From Nitrososphaeria archaeon (GTDB lineage: Archaea > Thermoproteota > Nitrososphaeria > JACIWG01), in the NCBI GenBank assembly GCA_963752255.1, contig CAVVXT010000019.1, forward strand, positions 256,001 through 320,000: 64,000 nucleotides of DNA, in the 5' to 3' direction. Below are positions 61,700 through 64,000 of this stretch, one piece after another. Each line of letters begins with the position of its first letter. Position 1 is the stretch's first letter. A program made the translations under genes and the position numbers. The notes under the pieces are model-generated. The model saw only the letters and a list, made by a program, of their open reading frames with translations. It made no database searches and had not been told where the DNA came from.

Positions 61700-61978
61700 C
61701 TATCCTTTCTTGCTTTCAGTCTCTATGCCAAGGAAATGCTTAGCCACAACGAGATGTATAGATGGAACTATGGCATGCAAACCAGCAAAGACTGCCAGCA
61801 GCAACCAAATCATCGGTTGTAGGACAAGAGTGCTGTTCAAAGCATCACCAATGACTCCTAAAGCAGCGAATAGAAAGCTAACATATGAAAAAATGCTACT
61901 AGCCCACGCACATCTCCTGATCTCAGCCTCCACGTGTTCGCGGTTCTTGAAAGGTTGATTTTCCAAACGGCTTGCCAT
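61700..61978 (-). CDS. small 2-TM membrane protein
   Basis: GGAGGTGA SD before ATG 61978. Confidence 0.7.
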   Translation of the reverse strand: MASRLENQPFKNREHVEAEIRRCAWASSIFSYVSFLFAALGVIGDALNSTLVLQPMIWLLLAVFAGLHAIVPSIHLVVAKHFLGIETESKKG

Positions 61979-62171
61979 GACACATATCACCTCCATTTAA
62001 CAACTTATTTCAAGTTGTATTAAAGATTTATAAAATAGTAAGGGAACCTAAAAAACAATTTTCCGAGCCAAAAGTAGCGCTGCTTCTGAAAGAAACTAAA
62101 ATAGTATCTTTACATTAAAACAAATATACATTCAAAGTTTAAGAGTATCGATTAAAATATGTGGAATAATC

Positions 62172-62843
62172 ATGCTTGACATCTCTGTAATTCGTGTTCT
62201 TTCAGCTTTCCTTGCGGTCGTTTTAATCGTACGCTTTTTGTTGTCTTTACTTTTCGCTCGGTTCATAGGAGAAAGCTTGGGCTCAGTCAGAGCTTCAAAA
62301 CCCGTAGGCTTCGTTGTTGCCTTTCTCTGCGTTTTCCTGAATTTTGTGCCAATCATCTTCTGTCTTCTCGGAGCAATAGTGCCGAGTTGGGTCTATGGGA
62401 CGTTTCTCAACTTTTCATTCAACGGCGCGGAGTTTCTGCAAGTTGCCGCCGCACCAATCGTCTTATTCGGCGCAGTTCTCGCAGCTTGGAGTTCTAAGGC
62501 GCTTGGGCAACAGGCAAGTGACTCCCCTATCGTAAGAGAGAAACGCAGCCTGATAACCACAGGTCCCTATTCTCGTGTCAGACACCCAGGTTATACTGCT
62601 CGAATGATAATAGATTTGGGAGTCTTCCTCCTATTCTTCAATGCCTTGCAGTTCATGGGCCTTCTCGCCTGGATTGGCTTAGCATATAAGAAGGCAATTC
62701 TTGAGGAAGAACTCCTCTCCTCTGAAAAAGGCTTTGGGCTGGAATACAGAGATTATATGTCAAAAACAGGGAGATTTCTGCCAAAACCCACAAATAGGAC
62801 AAATTGGACAAAAAATAGATCAATGGCTAGTATTGGAGATTAA
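62172..62843 (+). CDS. isoprenylcysteine carboxylmethyltransferase/PEMT family protein
   Basis: LITTGPYSRVRHPGY, EEELL, Y..YMSKTGRFLP. Confidence 0.92.
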   Translation: MLDISVIRVLSAFLAVVLIVRFLLSLLFARFIGESLGSVRASKPVGFVVAFLCVFLNFVPIIFCLLGAIVPSWVYGTFLNFSFNGAEFLQVAAAPIVLFGAVLAAWSSKALGQQASDSPIVREKRSLITTGPYSRVRHPGYTARMIIDLGVFLLFFNALQFMGLLAWIGLAYKKAILEEELLSSEKGFGLEYRDYMSKTGRFLPKPTNRTNWTKNRSMASIGD

Positions 62844-62956
62844 TGATTTGAAAGCACTATAAACGGTTAGTTCGAAATCAATACCTTAAATGAACCATTT
62901 AATGTTTTGTATGGATTTCGATATAAACTTTTAAGCATAAAAAAAGACTTAAGCTA

Positions 62957-63835
62957 TTGGTAAAAATGATGTCAAAAGCTGCAAAGGTTCAGCCGTCAAC
63001 AGACCCAACTGTTGGACTCATATATTTTTCTCCGACAGGAAGCACGAAGAAAGTCTGTGATGTAATTGCGACAGCGATCAGCACAAAACCGCCAATCGTC
63101 TTGGACATAACTAGGCCAAGCATTTCGGAAAAAGGGAACCCCGGTAATGTGGATCTGTGGGTTGTCGGGTCTCCCGTGTACGGAGGTCGTTTGCATTTAC
63201 TTGTGAGTGAACGATTATCGTTGGTTTTTGGTGACCTTCCAAAAAGGAAAATGCCAGGCAGTAGCAGTATCCGTGTACGGCGATGTAGTATTAGGTATAG
63301 GTCTAAAAGAGCTTGTTAACCTCATGGCTAAAAATGGCTTCGATGTAGTCGGCGCGGGTGCATTCATCGGCGAACATTACTCTAAGAAATCAGGGGCGCA
63401 GCTATAGGCGAAAACGCAGGTCGCCCAGACGAAGCGGATTTGGCAGTAGCTAAAGAATTCGGCGCTTCAGTACGACAGAAAGGGCTAAACGGCTCTGAAA
63501 TATCGTCTATACAAGATATACAATCGGCAAAGGTGCCTTTCAAATTCAAGATAGCGCGCGCGCTAAATCTCAAGCGTTTTTTTAGCATAGAGGTCGATGC
63601 TAACAAATGTTCAAAATGTAACGTATGTGTCAAAGTCTGTCCAGTAGGCTGCATAGACAATCAGACCTTCCTAAGAATCGACGTCCAAGCAAAGAACTGC
63701 ATTGCTTGCGCAGCATGTGTGAAGGTTTGCCCTGAAGCAGCAAGAACACAGTTGGCAAGGCAAAAATGGCTTGCAAAGCTTGACAGTATGACACCAGTTA
63801 ACAAAAAAAGGGGAACGCCAGTTTACTACACCTGA
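62957..63835 (+). CDS. EFR1-type flavodoxin + 4Fe-4S ferredoxin, two indels (~63245, ~63395)
   Basis: YFSPTGST, PVYGG, VYG, FIGEH, GRPDEAD, two CxxCxxCxxxCP motifs across three frames. Confidence 0.85.
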
Positions 63836-64000
63836 TCCAGCGGTCCAAAAGTGGCGTGGTTCAGTAAGAATCTGCCAACCCTTCTTTTCAGGCTTATTTC
63901 TCCTCAGTTCGTCGTCGTTTGGTTGGATTGAACTTTAATTCCAAATCCAAAATTCGTATTTTTATTCTAAAACGGCGCGCTAACCCGACGAACACACGCA

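Noticed and set aside
706-63660. Numerous antisense or overlapping ORFs in the six-frame track (e.g. 6852-7382, 18516-19124, 57124-57711)
   Set aside because: Shadows of well-supported genes on the opposite strand or in another frame, with no motifs of their own

Overview
Archaeal chromosome segment. The uL14 and uS8 N-termini and the absence of eL34/eL14 from the secY-cbf5 block point to a basal Nitrososphaeria/Thaumarchaeota-like TACK lineage (inference). The core (8.85-25.7 kb, minus strand) is the S10/spc ribosomal protein superoperon from a SPOUT methyltransferase and uL3 to secY, DUF106, cmk and cbf5. It has several oddities: an Hsp20 gene inserted between uL30 and uL15, no adk after secY, a 420-bp break between uS19 and uL22, an apparent ACG start for uS19 and a tandem-repeat RG tail on uS5. 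The flanks are accessory: ABC exporter plus PadR, Hsp20, an RNase J-like nuclease, P-type ATPase, YqjD/YqjE-like pair, RtcB, LigD 3'-phosphoesterase, M1 aminopeptidase, AhpF-like reductase, a MoxR-DUF58-transglutaminase operon and a decayed island (iteron-like repeats, orphan wHTH gene, tRNA 3' remnant). Eight genes carry single-base indels, probably long-read errors. Best leads: (1) a ~640-nt ORF-free, densely base-paired region (3.70-4.34 kb) upstream of the RNase J-like gene, with a possible paralog at 8.0-8.5 kb; (2) a CCCG-N8-CGGG operator at a fixed position before the TATA boxes of three unlinked small genes; (3) the iteron/wHTH/tRNA-remnant island. No intact rRNA, tRNA or CRISPR array was seen. 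All RNA folding was done by hand and needs computational confirmation.
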